Positions 49,443 to 59,369 of a stretch of DNA of 64,000 nt are shown one piece after another (the stretch's first letter is position 1; the number at the start of each line of letters is the position of its first letter). Under the pieces are notes generated by a model. It worked only from the letters and a program-made list of their open reading frames with translations, was not told where the DNA came from and did no database searches. Origin of the DNA: Candidatus Jorgensenbacteria bacterium (GTDB taxonomy: Bacteria; Patescibacteriota; Minisyncoccia; UBA6257; GWB1-50-10); NCBI GenBank assembly GCA_030648515.1, contig JAUSHK010000002.1, positions 7,799-71,798 on the forward strand, given 5' to 3'. A program made the position numbers and the translations under genes.

Positions 49443-51625
49443 AACGTTGGTTTGTTTATTTCCACATCAGCCGCGGCGGTTGTAGTCTCGGACTGGACCT
49501 GAGCGTGAACAAAAGCAAATTGGTTTGCCACTCTATTTTCAACAGTGATATCGTCACCGAAATGGTATTTCGAAGCATTAAGTTTATCGCCATATAGTTT
49601 TGATAAGTACTCCAAAATTACGCTTGGATCGATAAAATTCCGTACAGCATTATAACCATCTCTTTGAAAATCAGACTTGAAGGGAAGGGCCTTACCACCA
49701 CCGTAAGCTGTTGGTGTTAGAACAACTAAAAACTTAGAAACCTCTTCTGAATTAGCTGAGAACCGTAATTTTAAGTATGACTCAACTTCACTCTTTGCTC
49801 CGAACTCATTCCAAATCCAAAGCATTTGGTGAGCATAATTAGGATAGCTCAAATATAGGGCTTCTGTTGAAGCCACCCCTTTAATCTTATCAGCCAAAAA
49901 TTCTCCAAGAGATTTTTCTGTCTCAATAGGTAATTTTCTTTCCGCTTCTGGCCTATCTGCGCCGTGTCTTAGCCAGCGGAAACATTCCACAGCGAAACTT
50001 AATGGATTAGCCTTATCAATAACCTCTTTAGCCAGATTCCCACGGCTAGTCATTTCAATACGAGAGATAAGCATAGAAACAAAAATCGCACCTTGCGAAA
50101 AGGAGCCCAAAAAAGAAAATGTGGTACTTTCCTCGGGTAGTATATTTCCATTCTGAGCAATCGCTACTGCTAATTTTTCTGCGATAGGTGGTTGTATGGA
50201 ATTTTCCAGATAGCGCAATTTCTCAATTAGATGTGCAATACCCTTATTGTTTTTGGAAAGTCCCTTAAAGTCATTTCCGATCTTTTCTATATTAGACTCT
50301 GCGGCCTCAACGAGGAAAGACGCAATAGATTGGTCAGAAACATCGTCCGGAGGAACGCCGTAGCTAAAGTAGCGCTGAAAGTATCGCTCAGAACATACGC
50401 GCTGTTCTCGAACCCATAATTCTTTCCAATCAGATCCGTGCATCGCTCGACTGCTTATTTCAGGGAAAAGCTTTTCGAGTAAGCGGGTTACCGCTTCTTT
50501 TTCGCCAGAAGTTAAGCCCATATTATTGAGACTTTCCGATATCGTCTCGTCAGTCCTTTTTTTGAGTTTCTCTTCAGAAACGATACGTGTATTGCCCAGA
50601 AAAACATCCGGGTTTTCTCGAATAGCGGAGTATAGAGAAGGGTAAAACACCCGCAAACCCTCAATTAGCATTTGGTCTACCGGATTAACCTCCCCCTTAA
50701 GCAGCGGTAGCGCAAAAGCCAAAACATTCGCATATCTTTTTGCTTGCCTTGGAGTTCTTACCCTGGGTTCTATGCCAGGAACAAATTCGTTAACAAAAAT
50801 CTGGGTTTGTTCGTCGGTTAATGTGACTTTACTTGAGGTTAGCGCCGAATCCACCCCTTCGAAAGTGAGATTTCGCAAAGACAAAGAATCGGCTGCGGGT
50901 AAACGCAATGGTACCTGAATAATTTTCTCCAGAAAGTTTCTACCCGCATTTAATCCACCATATTTCTCAGATAGAGATTCGGCAACCATTCCATCGTCGA
51001 ATGCCAAGACATAAGTCACATTTTCAAAACTTGCAGATAACTTAACCAATTTGAAAATCGCCTGGACCTCTTCTTTATCTAATCGGTCTATATCATCAAT
51101 TAAAACCACGATGCGTTTATTAGATTCTTTGAGAATCGCCCCGACTCTTTCACGAAGTTCTTCCAGATCTGTCTCTGCCATCTTCTCTCCGATCTTAGCG
51201 ATGGCCTCACCGGGGTTAACAGAAACCATGCCTCCCAAAAAACTACCAGAAGCGAGTGAAAGTATAGAGCCAATTTTCTGCAATACCCTTCCTAATTCTT
51301 CAGCTTTTGATGGTAATGATTTTCCGAGGTTCTCCGCTAAAATTGAGAAAAAGCCCTCAAGTAATTTAGCCTCCGAACGAAAGTACCATGGGTTAAACTT
51401 AACAAGTACGACATTATCGTATTTCTTAAGGGCTTCGCTCATTAGATTCAAAGTGGAACTTTTCCCATCACCCCATTCACCATAAATACCGATTACAAGG
51501 CCACTCGGATCAGAAGATTGCCCAATTGTATCAGCTATACGCTCCGCGAAAGGCCACCTATTAAACCTATCCTCTTTCTGAACTTTAATCGGTCTATCTG
51601 GTTGATATGACCTTATTTCATCCAT
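49439..51625 (-). CDS. KAP-family P-loop NTPase
   Basis: 'IGIYGEWGDGKSSTLN' KAP-type Walker A and 'VLIDDIDRL' Walker B, with a long helical C-terminal region. Confidence 0.8.
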   Translation of the reverse strand: MDEIRSYQPDRPIKVQKEDRFNRWPFAERIADTIGQSSDPSGLVIGIYGEWGDGKSSTLNLMSEALKKYDNVVLVKFNPWYFRSEAKLLEGFFSILAENLGKSLPSKAEELGRVLQKIGSILSLASGSFLGGMVSVNPGEAIAKIGEKMAETDLEELRERVGAILKESNKRIVVLIDDIDRLDKEEVQAIFKLVKLSASFENVTYVLAFDDGMVAESLSEKYGGLNAGRNFLEKIIQVPLRLPAADSLSLRNLTFEGVDSALTSSKVTLTDEQTQIFVNEFVPGIEPRVRTPRQAKRYANVLAFALPLLKGEVNPVDQMLIEGLRVFYPSLYSAIRENPDVFLGNTRIVSEEKLKKRTDETISESLNNMGLTSGEKEAVTRLLEKLFPEISSRAMHGSDWKELWVREQRVCSERYFQRYFSYGVPPDDVSDQSIASFLVEAAESNIEKIGNDFKGLSKNNKGIAHLIEKLRYLENSIQPPIAEKLAVAIAQNGNILPEESTTFSFLGSFSQGAIFVSMLISRIEMTSRGNLAKEVIDKANPLSFAVECFRWLRHGADRPEAERKLPIETEKSLGEFLADKIKGVASTEALYLSYPNYAHQMLWIWNEFGAKSEVESYLKLRFSANSEEVSKFLVVLTPTAYGGGKALPFKSDFQRDGYNAVRNFIDPSVILEYLSKLYGDKLNASKYHFGDDITVENRVANQFAFVHAQVQSETTTAAADVEINKPTL

Positions 51626-51655
51626 ATACTCAAATACTACGAGTCGTTTATTGCT

Positions 51656-51865
51656 GTGTCAACAAAAGTAAAGTATCATATAGACATGACTTTGAGCGAC
51701 GATTTCTATACGGCAGAGGAGCTGGCAACAAAGCTGAAACTGAACGTGATGACCATCTACCGCTACATAAAAGCCGGCAAGTTGAAGGCACACAAAATCG
51801 GCAAGGAATACCGGATTGGTCGCACTGAGTTCGAGCGGTTTATACGCGATACGAGAACAAAATAA
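51656..51865 (+). CDS. helix-turn-helix DNA-binding protein (excisionase/MerR-like HTH_17)
   Basis: 'EELATKLKLNVMTIYRYIKAGKLKAHKIGKEYRIGRTEFERFI'. The real start may be Met11. Lies 2 nt upstream of hsdR. Confidence 0.6.
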   Translation: MSTKVKYHIDMTLSDDFYTAEELATKLKLNVMTIYRYIKAGKLKAHKIGKEYRIGRTEFERFIRDTRTK

Positions 51866-51867
51866 CC

Positions 51868-54171
51868 ATGCCAAAAAAATCAGAAAATCAAATGGGCGCG
51901 ATTACCGAGCAAGATGCTCGTATTGTGATCAACCGGAAACTCCAAGAAGCCGGATGGACTCTTGAAGGTGCAAACCGCAACATACTGACAGAACAACATT
52001 CGCAGGCGGGCTTTATGGACTACCTCCTACTTGACCGCAACGGCCACAATCTCGCGCTTGTTGAAGCAAAGAAGGATTCCATTAATCCCTATATCGCCAA
52101 AAACCAAGCTCGCGGTTATGCTGAGGCAAACAACTGTCGCTACGTCTTCCTCGCAAACTCAGAACAACTTTACTTCTGGGATCTCGAGGAAGGCGACGCT
52201 ACACCAATCGAGCGATTCATCTCTCCACAAGATCTTCAGCGCAGACATGACTTGAAGCAGTCGCATAAACCACTCTCATCAGTAGAACACAACGATACGA
52301 TCTGCGATCGCCCATACCAAAAGACAGCATCAGACACGATTGCTAAGCAATTTGACGAAGGCAAACGAGCGTTCTTGCTGGAGATGGCGACAGGGACCGG
52401 AAAGACGCGGCTCTCGGCCGCAATCATCGACCGTTTCCTAAAAGCCCATCAGGCAGAGCGGGTCCTTTTTATCGTCGACCGCATAGAGCTCGCAAAGCAA
52501 GCACTTGATGCTTTCCAATTCGCATTCAAAGACGACTACAGAGCGGTTCGATACAAGCCCGGACAGCATGCGGTATTCGGCGGCGCGAACATCGTGGTCG
52601 CGACAATTCAGAGCTTGAACATTCACTTCCGTGAAGACTTTACCCCCGGATACTTTGATCTCGTATTCAACGACGAAGCGCACCGGTCCATTTACGGAGA
52701 TCTACCGCGTCAGGTAGTCGAGTATTTCCAAGCGGTTCGTATTGGGCTTACGGCGACTCCGAATGATTTTCTCAAAAATATTGATGTCGATAAACTCCGA
52801 GATGATGATCCGCTCAAACTGGAGTATCGCTACGCCCGGGACACCTATAAACATTTTGGCTGCGACATAAGCACACCGACATTCCGCTTCACAATTCAAG
52901 ACGGTGTAAAAGGCGGCTATCTGGTCACGCCACGCATCGCTCGCATGGTTTCAATTATCACCAAAGAAGCGGTGTCAGAAGTGGGTTGGCAAGTCGAGAT
53001 CGACGGCGAAAATTACACTTACCGCATCTCACAGCTCGAGAGGCGCGTGCTCGTACCAAAGCGCAACGAACTTATCTGCCAACAATTCCTTCAAAACGCG
53101 CTCAAGACGCCGGACGGATCAATCGGTAAATCCATCATCTTCGCGGTCTCGCAAAATCATGCCGTGGCAATCGCTCGCGAACTGAACCGACTCACGCCGG
53201 AGCACAACGGCAAATTCGCCGAGGTCATCACCTCACGCGTGAAAGGAGCATCCGATCTTGCAAAACAATTCCGCAAAGACGAAAACTTTTACCCAAGAAT
53301 TGCGGTAAGCGTCGACATGCTTACGACCGGCTTCGATGCACCCGAAGTGCTCAACATCGTACTTGCTCGGCCTATCGCATCGCCAACCACTTACATCCAG
53401 ATCAAGGGACGCGGTACTCGCAAGTACACGTTCCCGGACGGCACGGAAAAGAAACAATTCCTCGTACACGACTTCTGTGAGGTCGTGAAATACTTCGAAG
53501 AAGAATATGACTTTGAAGCACCGGCTCCAGTGACCGGCGGTGGCGGTGGTACGCCTCCTCCACCCCCACCCCCTCCGGAAGTTCAGATTTACGGCGGTGT
53601 TGACGAAATGGCATTTACTGAAATGCTTGAAGTTGGACCGGAAGGAGAAAAAGTAGATCGCCTTGTCTACATCAGTAAATGGGAAAAAGCTATCAAGGAA
53701 GTTCTTGAGAAGAACCCAGAAATTGCCGAGCGGGTTAAGGTCGGCGACGATCAGGAAGTCGAGGAGTTTGTTCGCGAGAATGTTTTCGACAGACCAAAAG
53801 ATTTCTTCAACGAGCGCAACCTTTCACGAGCATACCGCGTCTTTGCCGGGCTCTTGGATTACGTCCGGGCAGGACTTGGTACGGAGAAACTTCCGAGCCG
53901 AGAAGAGCAGCTCATGGAGTTGGTTGAGAGCATACGCACTGAGCATGATCTCGACCTCGAACAGACGCGGCTATTAAAGATACTGGTCAAACAACTAAGC
54001 CAGAGTTCACAACTTCTTTCACGGTTCGAGAAGGGAGATTACGCGTTCCTCGATGAAGCCCCGTTTTCGCAGTTTGGCGGCACTCGCATGTACATAGCTC
54101 GCTTTGATACCAAGTTAGGGGTAGTGTTTGATTCGGTACGCACTAACCCGGCAATAGCGATTGTCGAATAA
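51868..54171 (+). CDS. hsdR: type I restriction enzyme R subunit (HsdR, EcoEI-like short form)
   Basis: N-terminal HsdR_N PD-(D/E)XK region, helicase motif I 'MATGTGKT', DEAH box 'FNDEAHRS', motif III 'TATP'. A Gly/Pro linker precedes a C-terminal EcoEI_R_C-like domain. Confidence 0.85.
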   Translation: MPKKSENQMGAITEQDARIVINRKLQEAGWTLEGANRNILTEQHSQAGFMDYLLLDRNGHNLALVEAKKDSINPYIAKNQARGYAEANNCRYVFLANSEQLYFWDLEEGDATPIERFISPQDLQRRHDLKQSHKPLSSVEHNDTICDRPYQKTASDTIAKQFDEGKRAFLLEMATGTGKTRLSAAIIDRFLKAHQAERVLFIVDRIELAKQALDAFQFAFKDDYRAVRYKPGQHAVFGGANIVVATIQSLNIHFREDFTPGYFDLVFNDEAHRSIYGDLPRQVVEYFQAVRIGLTATPNDFLKNIDVDKLRDDDPLKLEYRYARDTYKHFGCDISTPTFRFTIQDGVKGGYLVTPRIARMVSIITKEAVSEVGWQVEIDGENYTYRISQLERRVLVPKRNELICQQFLQNALKTPDGSIGKSIIFAVSQNHAVAIARELNRLTPEHNGKFAEVITSRVKGASDLAKQFRKDENFYPRIAVSVDMLTTGFDAPEVLNIVLARPIASPTTYIQIKGRGTRKYTFPDGTEKKQFLVHDFCEVVKYFEEEYDFEAPAPVTGGGGGTPPPPPPPPEVQIYGGVDEMAFTEMLEVGPEGEKVDRLVYISKWEKAIKEVLEKNPEIAERVKVGDDQEVEEFVRENVFDRPKDFFNERNLSRAYRVFAGLLDYVRAGLGTEKLPSREEQLMELVESIRTEHDLDLEQTRLLKILVKQLSQSSQLLSRFEKGDYAFLDEAPFSQFGGTRMYIARFDTKLGVVFDSVRTNPAIAIVE

Positions 54172-54174
54172 ACT

Positions 54175-55653
54175 ATGGCACTTCAATTCACAAATTCAGA
54201 CCTGAGGCAAAAGATCGATCAGATTATGAACGAGCTTTTTGCCGGCGGCGTCAACAACCCAATGACGTCGATCGAACAGATCAGCTATCTCATGTTCTTG
54301 AAGTCACTCACTGAATTTGATGAGCACCAAGAACGGATAGCCAAACTGTCCGGTAAGAAGTACGAGAGCATCTTCAACGGCAAGATCAGCAAGTTCGGTT
54401 GGCGCGTGATTAGCCGCCTTTCTGGAGACGAGCTCTACAACACACTCGTCGAGGTTTTCGAGCACCTTCACGAACTGCCAAAACTCACAAGTACCGGAAA
54501 GACACTTTTCCGACAGGCGCATCTCAAAATCTACAATCGCCCAACATTGAGGTCGGTGGTAAGCATCATCGACTCGATGGACTACAACAACACCGAGAAG
54601 TATGACACCGACGTTAAGGGCGACATGTATGAATACCTTTTGAATCGCATTGCGGTCTCTGGGACAAATGGCCAATTCCGCACTCCTCGCCAGATCATTC
54701 GAGCAATGATCGAGCTCGCCAAACCTAAACCATCCGATCTGATACTTGACCCCGCGTGCGGCACGGCCGGCTTCCTCATCGAATCCTACAAATACATTCT
54801 TCGCACCAACACAAGCGAGGAAGAACTCAAGGAAGGACATGAATCTGGAGATAAACTGACGCCGGCCCAGCATGAGTTCCTTCGCACCAAAGCAATCAAC
54901 GGGTTTGATAACGATGCAGACATGATCAAGGTGGCGATCATGAACCTTTACCTTCACGATCTTTCGCAATCAAACGTGCTGAATTTCGATCCGCTCACAT
55001 TACCCGAAGAAAAGAAACGCAAGTACGATTTGGTACTCGCAAATCCTCCATTCGCCGGCAATATCAACAGCGAAGCCATTCAGGAAGACATCGGGCTCAG
55101 CACCACAAAAACAGAGCTTTTATTCCTCAAGTACATGTATGACCATCTCGTGGACGGCGGCCGCTGCGTGGTAGTCGTGCCGGAAGGCATACTCTTCGGA
55201 TCAACTGGGGCGCATAAGAAAATGCGTGAAATCCTCATGGACACCTGTCAGATAAACGCCATCGTGAGTTTACCGTCCGGCGTATTCAAACCGTACGCAG
55301 GCGTAAAAACTGCGATCATTTTCTACACCAAAGGCGGCAAAACAAATAAGGTCTGGTTCTATGAAGTCACCGGGGACGGCTACACTCTCGACGATCGTCG
55401 CCAGCCGGACCCGTCAAACAACAATCTCAAAGATTTACCCGAAGCGTTTGAGAGAAAAGAAGTCGAAGGTCAAAGTTGGTTTGCCGAAAGGGACAAAATT
55501 GTAGCTGAGGATTATAACCTCACTGCTTCGCGCTACAAACCGGCCAGTACGGAGGTAATAAATCACCGCGATCCGAAAGAAATCATCGGCGAAGTTATGA
55601 CCCTTGAGAAAGAGATCGCTGACGGCCTCGAGAAGCTGAAGAAGCAACTATGA
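54175..55653 (+). CDS. hsdM: type I restriction-modification N6-adenine DNA methyltransferase (HsdM)
   Basis: Motif I 'DPACGTAGFL' and motif IV 'LANPPF'. Confidence 0.9.
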   Translation: MALQFTNSDLRQKIDQIMNELFAGGVNNPMTSIEQISYLMFLKSLTEFDEHQERIAKLSGKKYESIFNGKISKFGWRVISRLSGDELYNTLVEVFEHLHELPKLTSTGKTLFRQAHLKIYNRPTLRSVVSIIDSMDYNNTEKYDTDVKGDMYEYLLNRIAVSGTNGQFRTPRQIIRAMIELAKPKPSDLILDPACGTAGFLIESYKYILRTNTSEEELKEGHESGDKLTPAQHEFLRTKAINGFDNDADMIKVAIMNLYLHDLSQSNVLNFDPLTLPEEKKRKYDLVLANPPFAGNINSEAIQEDIGLSTTKTELLFLKYMYDHLVDGGRCVVVVPEGILFGSTGAHKKMREILMDTCQINAIVSLPSGVFKPYAGVKTAIIFYTKGGKTNKVWFYEVTGDGYTLDDRRQPDPSNNNLKDLPEAFERKEVEGQSWFAERDKIVAEDYNLTASRYKPASTEVINHRDPKEIIGEVMTLEKEIADGLEKLKKQL

Positions 55654-55654
55654 T

Positions 55655-56806
55655 ATGGCAACAAAAGATTTTCAGATCAAAGACATACTAGACTTCCAAA
55701 AAAAATCTCACAGAAAAGCTGGGGATGGGTTAGCGTCGGGTAAGTATCCATTCTTCACGTCGAGCCAACTACAAACAAAGTGGTTCGACGAAGCTGACTA
55801 TAAGATCGAGGCAATCATTCTCGGCACGGGCGGCGCACCGAGCGTTCACTGTTCCAAGAATTTCTCAACAAGCGCTGACGTCTTCATTCTTGCCACAAAA
55901 GATTCGAACATTTCGACAAAATATGTCTGCTATTTTTTACAAGGAAACAAGAACTTGCTCGCGCGGGGTTTTAAGGGCGCAGGACTTAAACATCTATCTC
56001 GTGATTACACAACCAAAATAAACATTCCGATTCCAATCGATAACAAGGGTAACCCGGACATCAAAGAGCAAGATCGGATTGTCGCATTACTTGAAAAAGC
56101 AGAGGAGCTGAAAAGAAAACGAGCTGAGGCGGATAAGAAAATGGCTACTGTAATCCCGGCGCTGTTTAGCCAGATGTTTGGGGATCTGAATAGTAATCCG
56201 ATGAAGTGGCCTGTGGTTCTAATAGGTTCAGTTGTGGATGAAACTCGCGGAGTTAAGTGTGGTCCGTTTGGAAGTGCTCTTAAGCGTAAAGAATACGTGT
56301 CTGATGGAATTCCTGTATGGGGAATTCAAAATATGAAGCCCAATAAGTTTATTGAAGATGGGCCGCTATTCATTACAGAAGAAAAATTCAATCATCTACT
56401 TTCATACAAGGTAGAAAGTGGGGATTTACTCATATCACGTGCAGGAACCGTTGGTATGGTGTGTGTGGCCAGACCAACAAAAAGAGATTCAATCATAGGA
56501 ACGAACCTAATTCGGGTTGCATTGGATCAGAAGGTGATCGTGCCAGAATTCCTTTCAACTTTAATGAACGAATTTAAGTCAAAATCAAGAGAGCTAAAAG
56601 TGGACGCCAACGAAGGATCCTATTCTTTTGTCAGCACGAAAGGGATAAAGAAAATTAACATATACCTTCCACCCATCGATCTACAAAAGGAATTTACAGA
56701 CAGGGCGAAAGAAATCCTCACCTTCGGAGAAAAACAAAAGAGGTCGACGGCAAACATTAACGGGCTGTTCTCTTCGCTTCTCGCAGGAGCATTCGTAACA
56801 AAATGA
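55655..56806 (+). CDS. hsdS: type I restriction-modification specificity subunit (HsdS)
   Basis: Two target-recognition domains separated by a conserved central coiled-coil repeat. Start abuts the hsdM stop. Confidence 0.75.
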   Translation: MATKDFQIKDILDFQKKSHRKAGDGLASGKYPFFTSSQLQTKWFDEADYKIEAIILGTGGAPSVHCSKNFSTSADVFILATKDSNISTKYVCYFLQGNKNLLARGFKGAGLKHLSRDYTTKINIPIPIDNKGNPDIKEQDRIVALLEKAEELKRKRAEADKKMATVIPALFSQMFGDLNSNPMKWPVVLIGSVVDETRGVKCGPFGSALKRKEYVSDGIPVWGIQNMKPNKFIEDGPLFITEEKFNHLLSYKVESGDLLISRAGTVGMVCVARPTKRDSIIGTNLIRVALDQKVIVPEFLSTLMNEFKSKSRELKVDANEGSYSFVSTKGIKKINIYLPPIDLQKEFTDRAKEILTFGEKQKRSTANINGLFSSLLAGAFVTK

Positions 56807-57039
56807 GTGACAAAAAAAATACAAAACCAATACTTCCTTGGGAAAATAGCGAGCTCGAGAAAATGCTCTTAGAGCTTATTGCACATGGGGCCGAAACCGC
56901 AAAAATAGACTTCAAGGTGGAGATGGTGCAGAAAAGTTGGAACCATATTGAAAGCTACATTTTTGAAACTTATGAGCTTTTAGAGGGGTTTAAGACGATC
57001 AGAAAAAACCTTGAAATAGGTCCTGTTGTAGTGACATAA
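56803..57039 (+). CDS. small hypothetical protein coupled to hsdS
   Basis: ATGA start/stop overlap with hsdS. Confidence 0.3.
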   Translation: MSDKKNTKPILPWENSELEKMLLELIAHGAETAKIDFKVEMVQKSWNHIESYIFETYELLEGFKTIRKNLEIGPVVVT

Positions 57040-57056
57040 TAGACACATAGCAGTAG

Positions 57057-57566
57057 TTGAATACTATGGAAGAAAACAAGAGTTATTCGTCGGAACAATG
57101 GTGGGACGAGATGCAAAAGGGTAAACTTTGTGGCGGGCATACACCAGTAGGAGGCGTTTGTAATTTAGAGTGTCCCAGTTGCCATACTTATGGTTGGTAT
57201 GGCGCGAGGATTCAACCAGCAATTAATGGCGTGGATGTAAAAATAACACGAGATTATGTCATAGCAGATGGAAAATCATATCCTATAACCCGCAAATATC
57301 GGTGTTGTAAGTGGTGTGGCCTTTTGCAAGAAGCTTGGGGTAATGTTCTAGATGATAATCATCAAAAGGGTAATCCGTATAAAGCCTGTTTAATACGACA
57401 TAAAAAATGCGGAAAAGGAATAGAGCCCACCTGGGCAACGTTTTTCCCGGAAGGTGTTCCGTGCAAAGATTGTGGGGAAAACGTTGAACAATTTGTTCCA
57501 AAAGATGATCCAGCACTCCGAAAAGATAAGGAATTGCTTGATAGGCTACATGGCATAATATCGTAA
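57057..57566 (+). CDS. Cys-rich hypothetical protein (multiple zinc-ribbon-like CxxC pairs)
   Basis: Fourteen Cys, including 'CPSCH', 'CCKWCG' and 'CKDCG'. Confidence 0.35.
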   Translation: MNTMEENKSYSSEQWWDEMQKGKLCGGHTPVGGVCNLECPSCHTYGWYGARIQPAINGVDVKITRDYVIADGKSYPITRKYRCCKWCGLLQEAWGNVLDDNHQKGNPYKACLIRHKKCGKGIEPTWATFFPEGVPCKDCGENVEQFVPKDDPALRKDKELLDRLHGIIS

Positions 57567-57622
57567 TTGCCCCGTGCTTACGCAGAACCACTACTCATAA
57601 CTTCTGCGTCGTTATAATTGCT

Positions 57623-57970
57623 TCATAATCCGTGTTCACGCAGGCAATTCACATATTGCGCGTTTGAAGGTTGTTTCTTAGAATTTCTCTCGGGCTGGGC
57701 CGGGGTCGCATCATAACATCCATACAATTTATTAATTTCTTCTATAGTTTTTGGAACAGTTGGTTTTGATTTTAAGCACTCGGGCCAATCGGGAGATGCT
57801 GGTTTGGCGGGAACGGCGTCATAATGCACCTCAATCCAAGCGCAACCGGATTTAATGATTGAGGGCCTTAATCCAAACCAATAGAACCCACCAGCAATGG
57901 TTAGAATTACCAAAGACAAGAGGGTTAACTTGAACCAATTATCCAATAAAAATTCTTTGGGTATTTTCAT
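57623..57970 (-). CDS. small membrane-anchored hypothetical protein
   Basis: Start taken at 'MKIPKEF...', followed by a TM helix. Confidence 0.3.
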   Translation of the reverse strand: MKIPKEFLLDNWFKLTLLSLVILTIAGGFYWFGLRPSIIKSGCAWIEVHYDAVPAKPASPDWPECLKSKPTVPKTIEEINKLYGCYDATPAQPERNSKKQPSNAQYVNCLREHGL

Positions 57971-58287
57971 GATTCTGCATATGGAACCCCTCTTCGATGT
58001 GGATACATGCATTCATTGCGTACATTTTCGTTAAATACGGGATTATTACAGTCCCTGGATTTCGTTTCCGGAATTACTTTTGTCGATGTTGATTGTGATT
58101 GAACCGGTCCAGCCTCCGGTGCTTGTATTTGTAACGATGCCTCGATTGCTCTAATCTGCGCCTGAATCATCTGAATTTGAATCATAATTTCGTTTATCTT
58201 CATCAGAATTTCTTCTCGAGTCATCGCTCCCACCAAACCTGGCAGCAATGTCAACACGATCGTAATCATTATGATTGTTTTTTTCAT
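57967..58287 (-). CDS. small secreted coiled-coil protein
   Basis: Start taken at 'MKKTIIMITIVLTLLPGLVGA' (signal peptide), followed by an 'IQIQMIQAQIRAIEASLQ' coiled coil. Confidence 0.3.
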   Translation of the reverse strand: MKKTIIMITIVLTLLPGLVGAMTREEILMKINEIMIQIQMIQAQIRAIEASLQIQAPEAGPVQSQSTSTKVIPETKSRDCNNPVFNENVRNECMYPHRRGVPYAES

Positions 58288-58521
58288 ATGCGAAGTAATT
58301 CGTTTTAAGGTGCTGGCCGTAAACCACAAAGCTCGCAGCCAGCGATCTCTTGCGAGACCCGTATAGGTTTCCCCATACAACGTTTCCACGTGCTCTGACT
58401 ACGAGCTTTCTGCGTGGAAACGTTTAGAGACCGTGCTGCCGGTTACCCGATCAGTTTAGGTCCGCCTTTCGGCTATTAAGTTGTAATTTGATAATAGTTT
58501 AAACAGAAAGTAAAGTAAAGA

Positions 58522-59223
58522 TTGAGAAAGTTGGTAAAGAGTAGTAAATTTAAGGAAACCGCGATGAAATTCAATCCAAACGACCTGGAAGGTTTTATCT
58601 TGGAAGGCATAAATATAGGGAAACAGACGGTGGTAGTAGAAAACTGTACACAGCTCAGCGGCCTACGCCGCCGCTACTTGGATTGGATATATCAGATAAA
58701 GGAGTTTCTAGAAAAAGAAAAGGTTTCTTTCTCGGAAGAATCATTTTTTTACGAGGAAGATGAGGTCATGGGTACAATCAATAGGGGTTGCGGAATAAAC
58801 ATTCAAGATGAATTTGCGCAACAGCTTATAAAAAATATAAGACTTGAAGTTAGAAACAAGTTAAGGTATCTGAGAAATACTGCCAAAAAGTTAAAAAAGA
58901 CAAATCAAAATATTATATTTCTTGATACCGCTGGTAATTTATGGCGCGAACCCAGGAAAAGTTATTGTTATCCACTGGGTGAGAAAAGCGAAAGATTCAG
59001 CATAATTAAATTACTCGCGGAAAATAAGGGATATCTAAAGACAAAAGATATCTCACTTGCTTTGAATGGTAAAAGCGAGCAATCAATACGCACAGAGATA
59101 GGTAAAATTAGAAAAAACATAAGTCGTTATCTCAAAATAAATAGCAAGGGAATAATAGAAGCAAAAAAAGAAAGTGGTTATAGAATATCTCCCGATTACA
59201 AAATTGTACTGAAAAAGGATTAA
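58522..59223 (+). CDS. putative transcriptional regulator with a C-terminal OmpR/PhoB-like winged-helix domain
   Basis: C-terminal 'SEQSIRTEIGKIRKNI...GYRISPDY' resembles a trans_reg_C wHTH domain. The likely start is the internal 'MKFNPND'. Confidence 0.4.
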   Translation: MRKLVKSSKFKETAMKFNPNDLEGFILEGINIGKQTVVVENCTQLSGLRRRYLDWIYQIKEFLEKEKVSFSEESFFYEEDEVMGTINRGCGINIQDEFAQQLIKNIRLEVRNKLRYLRNTAKKLKKTNQNIIFLDTAGNLWREPRKSYCYPLGEKSERFSIIKLLAENKGYLKTKDISLALNGKSEQSIRTEIGKIRKNISRYLKINSKGIIEAKKESGYRISPDYKIVLKKD

Positions 59224-59369
59224 ATTATTGATACTCCTCTCATACTGTTCATAAGTTTTTACAAAACGGCTAAAATAGGCCGTTTTTTGGTTCTTGAGTT
59301 GTATCAAAAGATTATGTAAGTACCGAGTGATCGCGTGTAGTCTGAAGTTAAGATCGAAATAACAACTAC

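Noticed and set aside
58440-58475. SRP (4.5S) RNA, suggested by an 'aggtccg' stretch
   Set aside because: The flanking sequence does not match the conserved domain IV motif (GGAAGCAGCCA) on either strand.
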